Notes: generated by a model from the sequence alone, not told the origin. A stretch of DNA of 64,000 bases from Patellaria atrata CBS 101060 (GCA_010093705.1 MU006095.1:434001-498000); one strand, 5' to 3'. Positions 10,629 through 22,120 are shown, counted from the stretch's first letter. A program made the numbers and translations.

Positions 10629-12782
10629 ATGCCTTCCCATACATCTGGCAATTCAGTCCCTAAAAACATTTTATCCTCGAGCTCATCCTCCTCTACCGCA
10701 CCGATTCTACCCCTCCACGAAGCTCGACAGCAGCAACATTTAACGCGGGATCTGAGGGCGCAAGGACGTCACGGTATTGAATTTGAAGATTTATCTCGGC
10801 CCGGACATAGTAAAAGACATTCTTACACAGATAACAAATACAGGGGTAAAGCGGGCAGTTCTGGTAACTTAGAGTCAAAGCATCTTCTCACTCACCCCGA
10901 CCATTTCTCCGACGAATCCGACACAGAAAGAGCAGACGAGACGCAAATGCCACGGAAGAAAGCCAGATCTCCCCCACCAATTTCTACTGCTCGCGCGACC
11001 TCATCGGACTCGTTGAGAAGTCCCAACGGGCACACATCAGACGGCATGGATGATATACTCGGACGTAGACGCAAGCATGCGTCAATTGACAGTCCAACGT
11101 CACAGACTGAACATCTTATGGGTCGGTCAAGCTTCACTCTCGATGATCCCGTACCTCCATTGATTCATGAAGATCAAGGTTCGTCCAAAGGGTTCTCGGA
11201 ATTGCCAAGACAGGACCAGAGGAACTTCCTTCTACTAGTATTACTCTACTTCCTTCAGGGTATACCAATGGGTCTGGCCGCCGGCTCAGTTCCATTTCTA
11301 TTAAAGTCTCACCTCACCTACGGTCAGATTGGAGTGTTCTCCTTAGCGTCATATCCATACTCCTTGAAGCTTTTATGGAGTCCAATCGTGGATGCGGTAT
11401 GGAGCCTCAGAGTGGGGAGGAGAAAGAGCTGGATCTTACCTATCCAAACACTATCCGGCTTCAGCATGATTTGGTTGGGGGCTAGGGTAGAAAAGATGAT
11501 GGTAGCAGCCGGTGAGAACGATGGTGCGGGAGTGTGGGGATTCACATGGTGGTGGTTCTTCTTGGTCTTCCTCTGTGCCACCCAGGATATTGCTGTTGAT
11601 GGTATAATTGCTTCAAAGGGACATTTGGACTGCATACTAACGATACATAGGCTGGGCTCTAACGCTTCTCTCTGGGGATAATTTATCCTATGCTTCCACA
11701 GCTCAAACCGTAGGTCTAACGGCCGGTCAATTCTTGTCATATACCGTGTTCCTTGCGTTCAATTCCCCCGATTTCGCTAATAAGTGGTTCCGATCTCACC
11801 CTAGTCCTGAGGGTCTAATGACATTAGGAGGTTACCTAACATTTTGGGGTTGGGGATATCTCCTAGTTACTCTTGGGCTGGCCATAATGAAACGTGAGGA
11901 GCGAGCCAAAAATACTGACGGTATCATTGAGGTATATAAGGTCATGGGAGGTATCCTTCAACTTAAGAATATTCAGACCATCATCATTATCCATTTGATT
12001 GCAAAAATCGGCTTCCAGGCCAATGACGCAGTCACCAATTTAAAACTTTTGGATAAGGGCTTCAGTCAAGAAGACATGGCCTTGACTGTTCTCATCGATT
12101 TTCCTTTTGAAATCGGGTTGGGATACTATGTCGGAAAATGGTCACAGACCTATCCTCCCATTCACCTCTGGTGCTGGGCATTTATAGGGAGATTGGGTGC
12201 TGCTGCTTTTGCACAGATAGTTGTCTATATCTTCCCTGCTGGAGGTGTAACAACCTGGTACCTCTTAACGGTCATCGTAGAGCATGTTTACTCGACATTC
12301 ATGAACACGGTCATGTTTGTTGCTATATCTGCATTTCATGCAAAGATCTCTGATCCCTTGATCGGAGGGACTTATATGACTTTACTCGCGACGTATGTTT
12401 CACCCATCCCCTCATATTTATTACTCCCTGAATTGAGCTAACAATCCGCAGCGTATCCAATCTAGGCGGTACATTTCCTCGTTACTTCGTCCTCAAATTC
12501 GTAGACATGTTCACGGTAGCTACATGCGTGCCTCCATCCTCACCTCCAAAGGATTTCAAAGGGACTCTCGTCATGAAACCTTTTTCGTGTGCACTGCAAG
12601 CAGACAAGAACCGGTGCATCGAAGGCGGAGGGAGCTGTGATATCATGACGGATGGCTACTACATTGTCAACGTCATGTGTATCATATTCGGTATCGTTAC
12701 TTTTTGGTTGTATATCAAGCCAAGGGCGCTGAAGTTGCAAGCCTTGCCCTTGAAGGCGTGGAGATCGGCTGAGGGGAGCTGA
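10629..12782 (+). CDS. ER acetyl-CoA transporter 1 (AT-1/SLC33A1, MFS)
   Basis: LLVLLYFLQGIPMGL...YPYSLKLLWSPIVDA...RRKSWILPIQ...CATQDIAVDG|WALTLL...ISDPLIGGTYMTLLAT|VSNLGGTFP; introns 11602-11650 and ~12392-12451. Confidence 0.93.
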
Positions 12783-13092
12783 TTGAGATCTTTACAATAT
12801 GGATTGTACGATAGAATACTATGAGACATTCAGGTTACTATGACAGTTCTGTATAGCTAGGTACCTTAAGGTATGAGTGAAACTTGTACGGTACTGTACG
12901 CGGATACCTGAACGGGTTTGGTCTGCTCCTCGTTTACACTTTCCACTTTTTCAAACCCCAGATTTACAGGGGTACTGGACTCCACTGTACGGGTACATTT
13001 GGCGGCCACGCACGCCGTTAAGTTACGGAAAAGTACCGTCTCTCCACCTGTTCACACAGAAGTCACGGAGAATTCAAAGTGATTGTAAGGCA

Positions 13093-13127
13093 CAGTACAG
13101 TACATAGCAGTACAGTACATAGCAGTA
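13093..13127. repeat. Short tandem repeat (CAGTACAGTACATAG) x~2.3 inside a GTAC-rich intergenic region
   Basis: Sequence reads cagtacagtacatag-cagtacagtacatag-cagta. Confidence 0.8.
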
Positions 13128-14088
13128 GAGAATGTCGTCTCCGAAGTTAATCCAGTGTGCACGTTGGGCATTCAGCGAACTGAGGTGGAGAGATTCTCGC
13201 TGTATAATCCACACGTTCTGGACTGGAGGCAAGGAAGGTGTACAGTACTTACATTGAGCTTCAACCTTTAGATGAGTTCAAGTCAGGTACGGACTCACCG
13301 CCGCTAAATGATGTGCAAACTAATGTATTTTCACCGTTTGCCAAGTTCGGACTTCTCTGTACAGGTCTTGCGTCAGGTAGAGTTACTGTGGAGTATAGAT
13401 AGGTTGGGTGATTTTTCACTACAAAGGTATGTACTTACTGTACAGTAGATGTGCAATAGCAGCCGCACTGATTCGTATTTGCTCTTCCCGCGCTTCAAGA
13501 GTGAATGCACGTCTACTGCAACCTTTTCAGCTGAAATGGATGTCACAATCGTTTCTAAACTTTCTAAACCATCGTTATACAAGGAAATTTGGCCAGTCAG
13601 AGGCCAGGCGATGAAGATGAATCAGCGGAACTAATCCTCGTCCGGAGACAAGGGAACGTGCGGTACAGCAATACAGTAATAAATTGAAAAATTTATGGGA
13701 TAAGGCGAAATCAGCAGTTGCGAATCAGTTCACCCCAGTTTCTGACCAGTGGCCCTCACTCTCTCCCTCATAAATCCTTCATTGATTCATTATCAAGCCC
13801 GTCAACTCAACATTTGACGGAAGAGATACTACACCTGAAACTTCGTTTGTATTCAATCGCGCCTTCCAAATTATTACTCCATCAAGCCTGGTCTAGACCC
13901 GACAGTTGTCCAGGAACTTCCTTCATTTCCTCCAATCTTCCTCCTTTGATAATCCGCTGTACAGACTGCATCCTGCGGCTGAAGTCTACTCGAGTGACAG
14001 AAGACCATTTGCAATCTATTGTTCCAACACTGATCATCCCAAACTACCCGGCAGAGCTTCCACCAGCAACTTCAACCAATTTTCTACT

Positions 14089-14916
14089 ATGGCCTCCAGC
14101 GGTAAAGCCCGGGTCCAAAAGCCAGCTCCTCACTTTTCGTGTACGGCTGTGCTCAATGGCGCATTTGAAGGTACCTAACCCTTGGGGGTGCACAAACACT
14201 ACGTTGACTGCTCCCGCTATGCACGGTACTAACACCATATCTTCCTCACAGAGATCAGCCTGACTACGTATACCGCAACCAAGCAATGGCTTGTCCTAGG
14301 CTTCGTTCCCATGGCTTGGACTTTCGTCTGCCCAACTGAAATCATTGCGTTCAGTGATGCTGCTCAAAAGTTCGCTCAACGTGGAGCTTCGGTCGTATTC
14401 GCCAGCACGGATTCGGAGTATAGCTTGTTAGCTTGGAACAATGCGAGTCGTAAAGATGGCGGGTTGGGCAACGTCAATATTCCACTCCTCAGCGACAAGA
14501 ACCACTCTCTCAGCCGGGACTATGGCGTTCTCATCGAGGAAGAGGGCATCGCCTTGCGTGGACTCTTTTTAATCGATCCTCAAGGTATTGTTCGACAGGT
14601 ACGCTCAAGTCCAAAAAGTCTCGAGTGATTAAACTCTCTTCTCACTAAACATTTTCAGATCACTATCAATGACCTTCCCGTCGGTCGTTGTGTTGACGAG
14701 ACTCTTCGTCTTCTCGACGCCTTCCAATTCACCGAGAAATACGGTGAGGTATGTCCCGCGAACTGGAACCCAGGTCAAGAAGGGATCAAAGCTACGCCTG
14801 CGGGCAACAAGGCATACGTAGAGAAGGCCTACAATGACGAGGTCATGTCCAATGCAGCCACGAACGGTAGCGCATTCCCCAAGCAGCCCATGTCGCACCT
14901 ACCCAACGGACACTGA
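14089..14916 (+). CDS. TSA1: Typical 2-Cys peroxiredoxin (Prx1/AhpC subfamily, Tsa1-like)
   Basis: Three exons (introns 14171-14251, 14599-14658): [16 protein letters not shown]...[17 protein letters not shown]...DGGLG...[29 protein letters not shown]...GEVCPANW. Both the peroxidatic and resolving Cys are present. Confidence 0.93.
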
Positions 14917-15475
14917 ACGAAGCCAGATCTTCTCAATCAGCGTTTAGCGTCATACCCATTGCATGGTTCGCGGAGTTAAATAGGGCGGCTTGTGCAATTG
15001 CACCTACAAATTTGATGTTCGACAATATTCGGACTACTCACTTAGGCGTTACTGGAACTGCTGGTAACTTCGCTTTGTAATTGATTGATTCGGAAGAGAG
15101 TTATGGTGGTGCAGTGACTTTGATTCGATTTCCAAGACGAGACTGGCAGAGTTTCATGTATACCACTTTCAGACAGACAGATCAAAACGAAATATAACTA
15201 TGGTCGCTAATACATGTAATACTGGATAATAACTTCCTACTTTACTGATATATATCTTATCGTTTTCATTCGAAAGCCGTAAGGAAATTCTAAGCTTGGC
15301 GGCTTCTTTTGAGAATCCAGACCATGGGACGGAACATCCTAGTGTCACCCGACTAGATTTAGGATGGTAGGGCTGAAATCCTCAAAACTGACTCCCAACT
15401 CTTTGAGCTCCTCCCAAATAATTATCCCCCTCCCTACAAAAGGTATATTCGATAACCAGATACCTTTATGAGGGT

Positions 15476-17629
15476 ATGGAACTTCGTATAGCCTCTCTCC
15501 TTGACGACCAGAATCTTTTTGACAGAGCCTCGACGATCCTGAACGAGCAACCGACGCACAACCAACTCCCGCCCCTCAACCAACTCCTTCCGCCCACCTT
15601 ACCGGCAATCGTCGTACCCTACGTCCTCGAGAATGAGCCCATTTTCGATATTCCACCTAGGGTGGCGAGAGAGGGGGAAGAACCGGTGGTGAAGAACAAT
15701 TATGTCGCGTTGGCGGATTTGCTGAGCGCTCCAAACGACGAAGGCTACCCTACAAATGCAAACCCTTTGTCGAGCCGAACTTTAGAGACACCACCCCAGA
15801 ATGGAGTTACTAATGCTGGCTCTACGAAAAGGGTCTCAGGAAGTGGCAGCAAATCTTCGGTACCTCTCGCAGAGGTCCTTAATGACGAAACAGAAAGAGC
15901 TTGGTTCGATGGTAGTTTAAATAGTTTGCTGCTCCAGAGCAGCCCGCGAAAGAAGAGGAAGATAAATGCGACAGAGATACTACCTCCGCTACCAAAGCCA
16001 CAACCGAAGGTGGTGAAGCAACCGAAGAAGGGGAGACTGCCTCCGTTGCTGCAAGGGTTGCATCAGCCACCGCCGGATGCGGGGTTATTTCCTCCTATCA
16101 CGGTAGATGGGATACCGAAGGAGATAAGGGAACAGCCTGTAGTCTCTGATCAGAGTGTCCCGAAGCTTCCGCCACCCCCTCCTCCTATTGCGGATGTTGC
16201 AGTAGATGCTGGTAAGACGGCGATGCCTGTGGACGGAGAAAAGGAAAATGACCAAAAGGAAGATGCTGTTTCCAAGTCTGGGAAAGCCAGACAACGAGGA
16301 AAACCAAGGAGGAGGTGGACTGAGCAGGAGACGAAGGATCTACTGCACGGAGTCGCAAAGTTTGGGATTGGCAGTTGGAAGAAGATATTAGCATGTGAAG
16401 AATACAACTTTAACGGGCGATCAGCAGTGGATTTGAAAGACAGGTTTCGGACTTGCTGTCCAGATGCGTATAAGAACGAGAAAGGCAACAACACAGGCGA
16501 ATCATCAATCAGAGAGAAGAGGTCGATTGATAAGACGGTTTCCACACCACAGGAAGCTCAACCTATATCATCCTTATCTGTCTCAAGTCTCATTGAAACA
16601 CACGAGCCTCCACCCGTTTCTCAGGTACCAGTAGAGAGCAACTCATTACAAGCATCACTTCCTGTCCGAAAAGGGAGAAAACACCGTAAAGAGCCTGAAG
16701 ATCTTGCCCGAATAGGCATCCAGGCCCCTTTCTTCAAACGAGAACGCCGCAGCCGGAATGCGTTTACAGAAGAGGACGACGATGCATTACTACGTGGCTG
16801 GGAGAAGTATGGTAGCGTATGGCTAGAGATCAAGAATGACCCGAAGCTGGGACTTGGGAAACGCCATCCTACGGATTTGAGAGATCGGTTTAGGAATCGC
16901 TGGCCAGAGAAGTATGAAGGTGCAGGGAAGAAGTTGGGGGGCGTGAGAGGTTCGAAAGTTAATAGCAAAGAACAAGATGCCGAATGTGCGAAGACCGGCG
17001 CCGAATTTGCTGTTGAAAATCCAGATTCGACACAGGATCAAGAACCGCGAACATCGTCGAACACGGTTCAGAAATCCGCGGAACTCGAGGCACAAGACCC
17101 AAAACCGTCCTCAACAACAGCAATGAAGCTCCTTACATCCGCCTTTCCGGACCGCTTCTTTGATGACCTCGAGGAAGTGTCAACGGGGGATGAGGATGAG
17201 GATGAGGCTCCCATCACTCTAAACCGCAACATCATGCACTGGGCGGAGCAGAATTTACCGCATACCAGTCTCCCGCAATTCAACAGCACAAACAACGCTA
17301 ACTACACATATAATGGGATATCCGATCCCCCAACCTCGCTTTCTCTCATGTCGTCAAGCGCTTTGGTTGCGAGTCTAGACGGAGTTCATATCAACCCTTT
17401 CCTCTCCCTCGATAACGCGGGCAATAAGATTCCTTCCTTATCCATGAGTGGGAACGGGAATCAGTTCGTCAGTCTGCCTGTGCTCACATTTCCCCCGCCC
17501 AACCCGGGTGTGTTGGAGAGGAACGCTGGTTTTGCCGCTGGAAACACACTCCCGCCTATAGAGGCTGGTATGAGGTTACCGAGACCGGGGGAGCTGCTGA
17601 TGGGGTTGTATGGGAAAGATGGGGGGTAG
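15476..17629 (+). CDS. Double Myb/telobox DNA-binding protein (Tay1/Teb1-like telomere-repeat-binding factor)
   Basis: Two TRF-type Myb domains, RRWTEQETKDLLHGVAKFGIGSWKKIL...RSAVDLKDRFRT and FTEEDDDALLRGWEKYG.VW..I...RHPTDLRDRFRN, in an intronless 717-aa ORF. Confidence 0.85.
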   Translation: MELRIASLLDDQNLFDRASTILNEQPTHNQLPPLNQLLPPTLPAIVVPYVLENEPIFDIPPRVAREGEEPVVKNNYVALADLLSAPNDEGYPTNANPLSSRTLETPPQNGVTNAGSTKRVSGSGSKSSVPLAEVLNDETERAWFDGSLNSLLLQSSPRKKRKINATEILPPLPKPQPKVVKQPKKGRLPPLLQGLHQPPPDAGLFPPITVDGIPKEIREQPVVSDQSVPKLPPPPPPIADVAVDAGKTAMPVDGEKENDQKEDAVSKSGKARQRGKPRRRWTEQETKDLLHGVAKFGIGSWKKILACEEYNFNGRSAVDLKDRFRTCCPDAYKNEKGNNTGESSIREKRSIDKTVSTPQEAQPISSLSVSSLIETHEPPPVSQVPVESNSLQASLPVRKGRKHRKEPEDLARIGIQAPFFKRERRSRNAFTEEDDDALLRGWEKYGSVWLEIKNDPKLGLGKRHPTDLRDRFRNRWPEKYEGAGKKLGGVRGSKVNSKEQDAECAKTGAEFAVENPDSTQDQEPRTSSNTVQKSAELEAQDPKPSSTTAMKLLTSAFPDRFFDDLEEVSTGDEDEDEAPITLNRNIMHWAEQNLPHTSLPQFNSTNNANYTYNGISDPPTSLSLMSSSALVASLDGVHINPFLSLDNAGNKIPSLSMSGNGNQFVSLPVLTFPPPNPGVLERNAGFAAGNTLPPIEAGMRLPRPGELLMGLYGKDGG

Positions 17630-19429
17630 GGGTATGTATGATAGCACGGTTTTATATCTAAAGTACTGTACAATGACACACAGTTAAATTTCAAACCACA
17701 CCTGTTTCTTTACCGCCCCTTATCTCGTTCCCCCCTTCCTCCTTTACTTTTCCTTTCGTCTCCACCATATCTATTTCAGTCTTTCATCCCCACGCAGATT
17801 CTCTCTCAACCTCCAATTCTTCCCCCCTCCCCACCACTCCCTCCCGGTGTTCTACACCACCAACCACCATATACTGCTCCATATGCTGCAATATTTCCAA
17901 ATCGGAGATAAAAGAAAAGAAAACCTCCTCAGTATACGTCGTCACACCTGTCCATGTGTAACTCGTTTGTCAATGGAGGGAGAATAACCAACCCGAAAGG
18001 GTTTGCCCATGCCTCTATTCGGTATGACCAAATGCTGGACTCTTCCTCTTTTTCGTGGGGATGGGGTGGCTGGAGTCTGGGATATTTCTTTGTGCGTTTA
18101 TGGGGGAGGGGGAGGGGAGAGGGGAAGGGGACGGTCAGATTGCGGATGGTTGCAGGAAGCCTGGTGAGCGAATAAACGATGAAACAATACTACCTCTTCA
18201 CGCCTAGAATCATCGATACGTTTCATACTGCTGTGATATGTAAAGTATATCTAATTATGTTGATGGCTCCCGGTTGCCATGGTCGTACCGCGAGAACGTG
18301 GGTCTGCATCTGTATTTCTAGTAAACTTCTCGTTCTTTCCTATGGTGTTTCTGTTTTTGTTTGTTATCGTATATCATGATCGCTATACTCACATCACAGA
18401 GAGTATGGAAACGTCTGGTGTTTGTCGGGGCGCAATGGAAGGATGAGGGTGTCAGCGTCAAGTCTTATGCGTTCGTTGGATCGCGTCAGTCATTGGGAAA
18501 GTATCAGTCAAATGGGATTGCGTCAGTTTGTGGAATAGCGTCAGTCAATTGTTTTTGTTTACTTCCCTTCTCATCAATTAGATGTCGTCAGCAACGCGAG
18601 CAAAGGGCATGTTTCAGCCAATTCACCGTCATCCCATATCACCATTATACAATCCTGTATGAACCTCGAGATGCAGCTCACGGTTTTCTGCGCTGTCATG
18701 TTTTGTCAAACTTTACTGTTTCGAACTACCGTATTGAATTGGAACTAGCTCGGTGCTAGTTTAAAATTGAACATAACTCTAATCTTACATGATTTCGTCA
18801 TTCTAGCCGCCACATCATCCATCGTGTCACCGGTCCTCACGCTCGCGCTGCTAAAGTCCAAAGTCGACGTCTTCACCAAGGCGCTGCCGTTGAAGATCGC
18901 GCTCGGTCCGTTCCTGGCCGCCCAGCTGCCGTAGCAGCGATCCCGCGGTGTGGTTCTGCATTGTGAGGCTGGGTACGCCGTTGGCGGGAGGGTGTCTCTG
19001 GACCCTAGGCGGCCGGACGCGAGAGGAGAGACTACGGGTTTGAGTGATGAGCCTTAGAAGTTGAGTGATATATGTTCCCCATGTTTTCTTTTTGTCTCTA
19101 CTTTCAGGGGCTCTTTTCCTTTAGTTTTCTTTTTATTTTTCTAATTCCTCTTTCTCTGGAATACCCCCTAGTTGGCATCTGATAAGGTCCGCCTTCACGC
19201 GTAGTTAGATAGATTATAGAGCTCCATTCAATCTTACAACCGGCTGCTTGGGTAGTAAGTAGTTCGGGGTTGAATACTTTGAATACACACGTGACGCGTG
19301 ATGAAGTGAATTTGTGATAGCCTTTGGAGAGATGATAGCGGGGGTATAATTGTTCGGAGACCTTTATGTGCCTGGGCGAGACGAAAAGTTACTTAGTTGT
19401 CATATTAATGGACACGGCTTCTACCTGCT

Positions 19430-19935
19430 GCAGTGTTGTTGTTGGTGGACTGAACTAGAGTGAGCTGGACTTGGGTGGATTCGATGTCTAATTCGACTCT
19501 GAACCCAATCTAAGTCTAGTCTAACCTGCGGAATCCAGTATATTTTGAATCCGACTTTAGTAGTGCTAAGGCTAAAAAGGACTTATAAAGGGGTAATAGA
19601 AGGGGATTATAATATTTTAAATACTTAAATAAATACTGTTCATTTATATAAACTCCTTGATAGTTATTGTTTTTCTTACCTTAATTTTATCACGAACCAG
19701 CTCTTATCGATGTCAGGCATCGACTCGGATTGCGACTTAAATAGTAAGTTATAAGCAGTGATAGGCTAGAAGGAGTGGATTAGAGTTGGATTCATTTATA
19801 ACGAATAGGCTATTAGGCCGTAGGTACTTAGAGAGATATAATTTATATAATTCCCATATTTCTTTGAACTATTAGTAGTAAATTCCGTATCTTTAGGGGC
19901 TAACAATAGGGGCAGTAGGCTAGCGCACGGATCTA
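19430..19935. mobile_element. Degenerate AT/TpA-rich repeat relic (probable RIP-mutated DNA transposon or MITE remnant)
   Basis: Starts near CAGTGTTG; imperfect inverted repeat 19462-19482 / 19501-19521 whose mismatches are mostly G/A; followed by TpA-rich sequence with no ORF. Confidence 0.5.
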
Positions 19936-20011
19936 GTCACGTTACAAAAGTACTATCTTGTGCTCGACAGAGGCGAACTTGAAACCTATATCTATACATT
20001 GACACGAGTGT

Positions 20012-22120
20012 TCAATTGGTATAAAACTCTGCTTCTTTAATATTTTCAACATGGCGGCAGCCAGAGGTATTTGATTTCTCTCCTGCGAAAGCATCGAAGA
20101 ACGAGGCGAAGTCTAAGTCCTGTAAGACTTTACAGTACTGTAGATCATGTCCCTTTAAGCTTGGGACCGATTGTGCACCATTGTGCAAATGTTCCAGTGA
20201 GCGTGTTATGCAAAACTGGTGGAGATCCCTTACACTGGCTACGTTAAGGACTGCAAGCATTTCCAAAAATACACATCCTAAGGAGAATACATTTGCGGAT
20301 CGTCAGTGTCTTTGAAGACTGCCATCGGCGAGGACACTATGTACAACTTCTGGTGCTCCGTGCATCAGAGACGTACGTGCTGGGCTTTCAGTGGAGGTTG
20401 TCTGGCCTAGGGTAAATCTCGAATACGAGCTGAAGTCCGTAAAGTAAACACGGTCATCACGATGGATGATATTCGAGGGCTTGATATCTTGGTGTAAGAC
20501 CCCTTGCTCATGAATGTAGGCTAATCCAGATGACAGGCAGGCAAACCGCTCCTGAATCCAGCGGTATTCCGTGGACACTACGTCTCCAGTCTCAGGGTTT
20601 CTCAACTTTTCCCCTATATAATCTAAGACATCTTTAAGGTTGTCCTGGCCCACCAGAAACATGAGTATGGTGTAATGCTCTCTCCCGTTGCTGCTACGCT
20701 CCTCATAAAAAGCTATTGACCGAACGGTGTGTGCGTTTCCTAACTCTTGTACGGCTTTGCATTCTGCTTTTATGATCTCAACTCGCTGTTTCCTATTTGA
20801 ATATAATAGTCCAACGCGTTTCCGAACAAAGCTCTTACATGAGCTGTTTCCTGTGTGGACTTCTTCCACAACACCTAATGAGCCATGGTCTAGGGGGGTC
20901 AGCGTAGTGAGGAAGCCAGCCCAAGCGGGGGTGCCCCTTCCGTACAGATCCAATCCGAAGGTATTGAATATGTTATCCTTGTTATCCTGTACCTGGGACC
21001 TTGGCGGTTCGGCATCTACTACGCTTTCTGGACTCAGACCTTGCGCAGTTGAGTCTCCAGTGCATAGAAGGACAATTGATTCATCCTTAGCCATGCTTTT
21101 GCACACTGCATCATCTCTATGGTCCGACGAGGAAACAGATGGATTGTCATTTGTTTCTCCTGCATCTTTCGATGAATCACCCTCATCAGCTACATCTTTC
21201 CTATTAGCGGATCTTTAAGAGGGAAAACCTCCCCTCTTTATTCTCTTTCTCTCTTCCAGAATTTCGATACTTCTGAGTATATTGGCCTGACTTTATCCTT
21301 AGTGTAATCTGTCCACCCTCACGCGTTAATTGATGTTTCCTCGACAGGACGTTCTTGTATACGACGGCGACAGGGTCGACTAAATCCGGTGTTAACATGA
21401 AGTGATGTTTCTTCGATGCTGTAAGGCCACAAAGAACTGAGAGGATAGAAGGAGTTCGACAAAGAAGGAATTTTGATCGTGGCGATGGCCAGGCTGAAGA
21501 GGCTTCGGACTGGTAAGGCTGCCGCGAGGCAGTGCATATGCTAACCCTATCTCAGCCTTGTCGCTGTATCATGTATCTTCGGTCCATACGCTGTCCGCAA
21601 GTGAGCAGTAACGGTCCGTTACTTTGATGATGAAGATGGATCGCGGACGATCCGGTCGTTGTTAGGCGATCTACTAAGGTGGATACTAGTTTGGGCCTCG
21701 AGGAACATAGGTTTCGTCTCTATGACGACGTTGCACCATTTCTCGGTAGGCCGGACCGACTAAGTTGTGATGTTGCTCGGGTTCCATATTTCGAATAACC
21801 GGTTGGTCACGTTGCGGTCCAGTTGGCGTCTGCCGCGATGGCATCAATGGCTGTTTCGACAGACCAGACGGTGGTTGATTGTCGTGCGGAGCCATTAACT
21901 GAGGCGCTTGATGTGGATGCGGTGGACCCGGTGGAGGTTGCGGTGGTCCATACCCGATCGGTTGTTGTGGTCCACATCCGGTCGGTTGCTGTGGACCGTA
22001 TCCGGTCGGTTGTTATGGACCACAGCGCGGTCCATATCCGGCGGCCGGTTGACGAACGGGCGGTTGCCGTTGCTGTCCATATGTTGTAGGGAATGGAGCT
22101 GGTTGCATCGGATACTCATC
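20012..22120 (-). pseudogene. Disrupted Ser/Thr protein kinase gene with a Q/P-rich repetitive N-terminal region
   Basis: Kinase motifs LDHGSLGVVEEV, VRKRV, AEC, HQDIKPSNII, TDFSS, GAPE. An in-frame TGA at 20303-20305 is followed in frame by RSANVFSLGCVFLEML. The upstream Q/P-rich frame has TAA/TAG at apparent Gln positions. Confidence 0.75.
21940..22045 (-). repeat. ~24-nt tandem repeat encoding QQPTGYGP-like units
   Basis: Minus strand reads GYGPRCGP*QPTGYGPQQPTGCGPQQPIGYGPPQP. Confidence 0.75.

Noticed and set aside
13906..14088. In-frame TTG-initiated 61-codon N-terminal extension of the peroxiredoxin (possible non-AUG targeting isoform)
   Set aside because: It does not resemble a presequence (contains acidic residues), and the stretch could be a 5'-UTR intron (GTTTGT ~13845, CTGAT branch, CAG ~14054).
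18021..18033. 13-nt match GGTATGACCAAAT shared with the minus strand near 52780
   Set aside because: Many 13-mer matches are expected by chance in 64 kb on two strands.
17630..19400. Telomerase RNA or telomeric tract next to the telobox gene
   Set aside because: I found no TAACCCTAA template or (TTAGGG)n array by eye.
20303..20305. TGA as selenocysteine in the kinase
   Set aside because: The position is not a Cys site, Dikarya lack Sec machinery, and the gene has other lesions.
21895..22119. NRPDxDHN repeat peptide as a RiPP/KEP precursor
   Set aside because: No signal peptide or KR/RR cleavage sites and no DUF3328 neighbour; the alternative Q/P/G/Y frame joins the downstream ORF and fits better.
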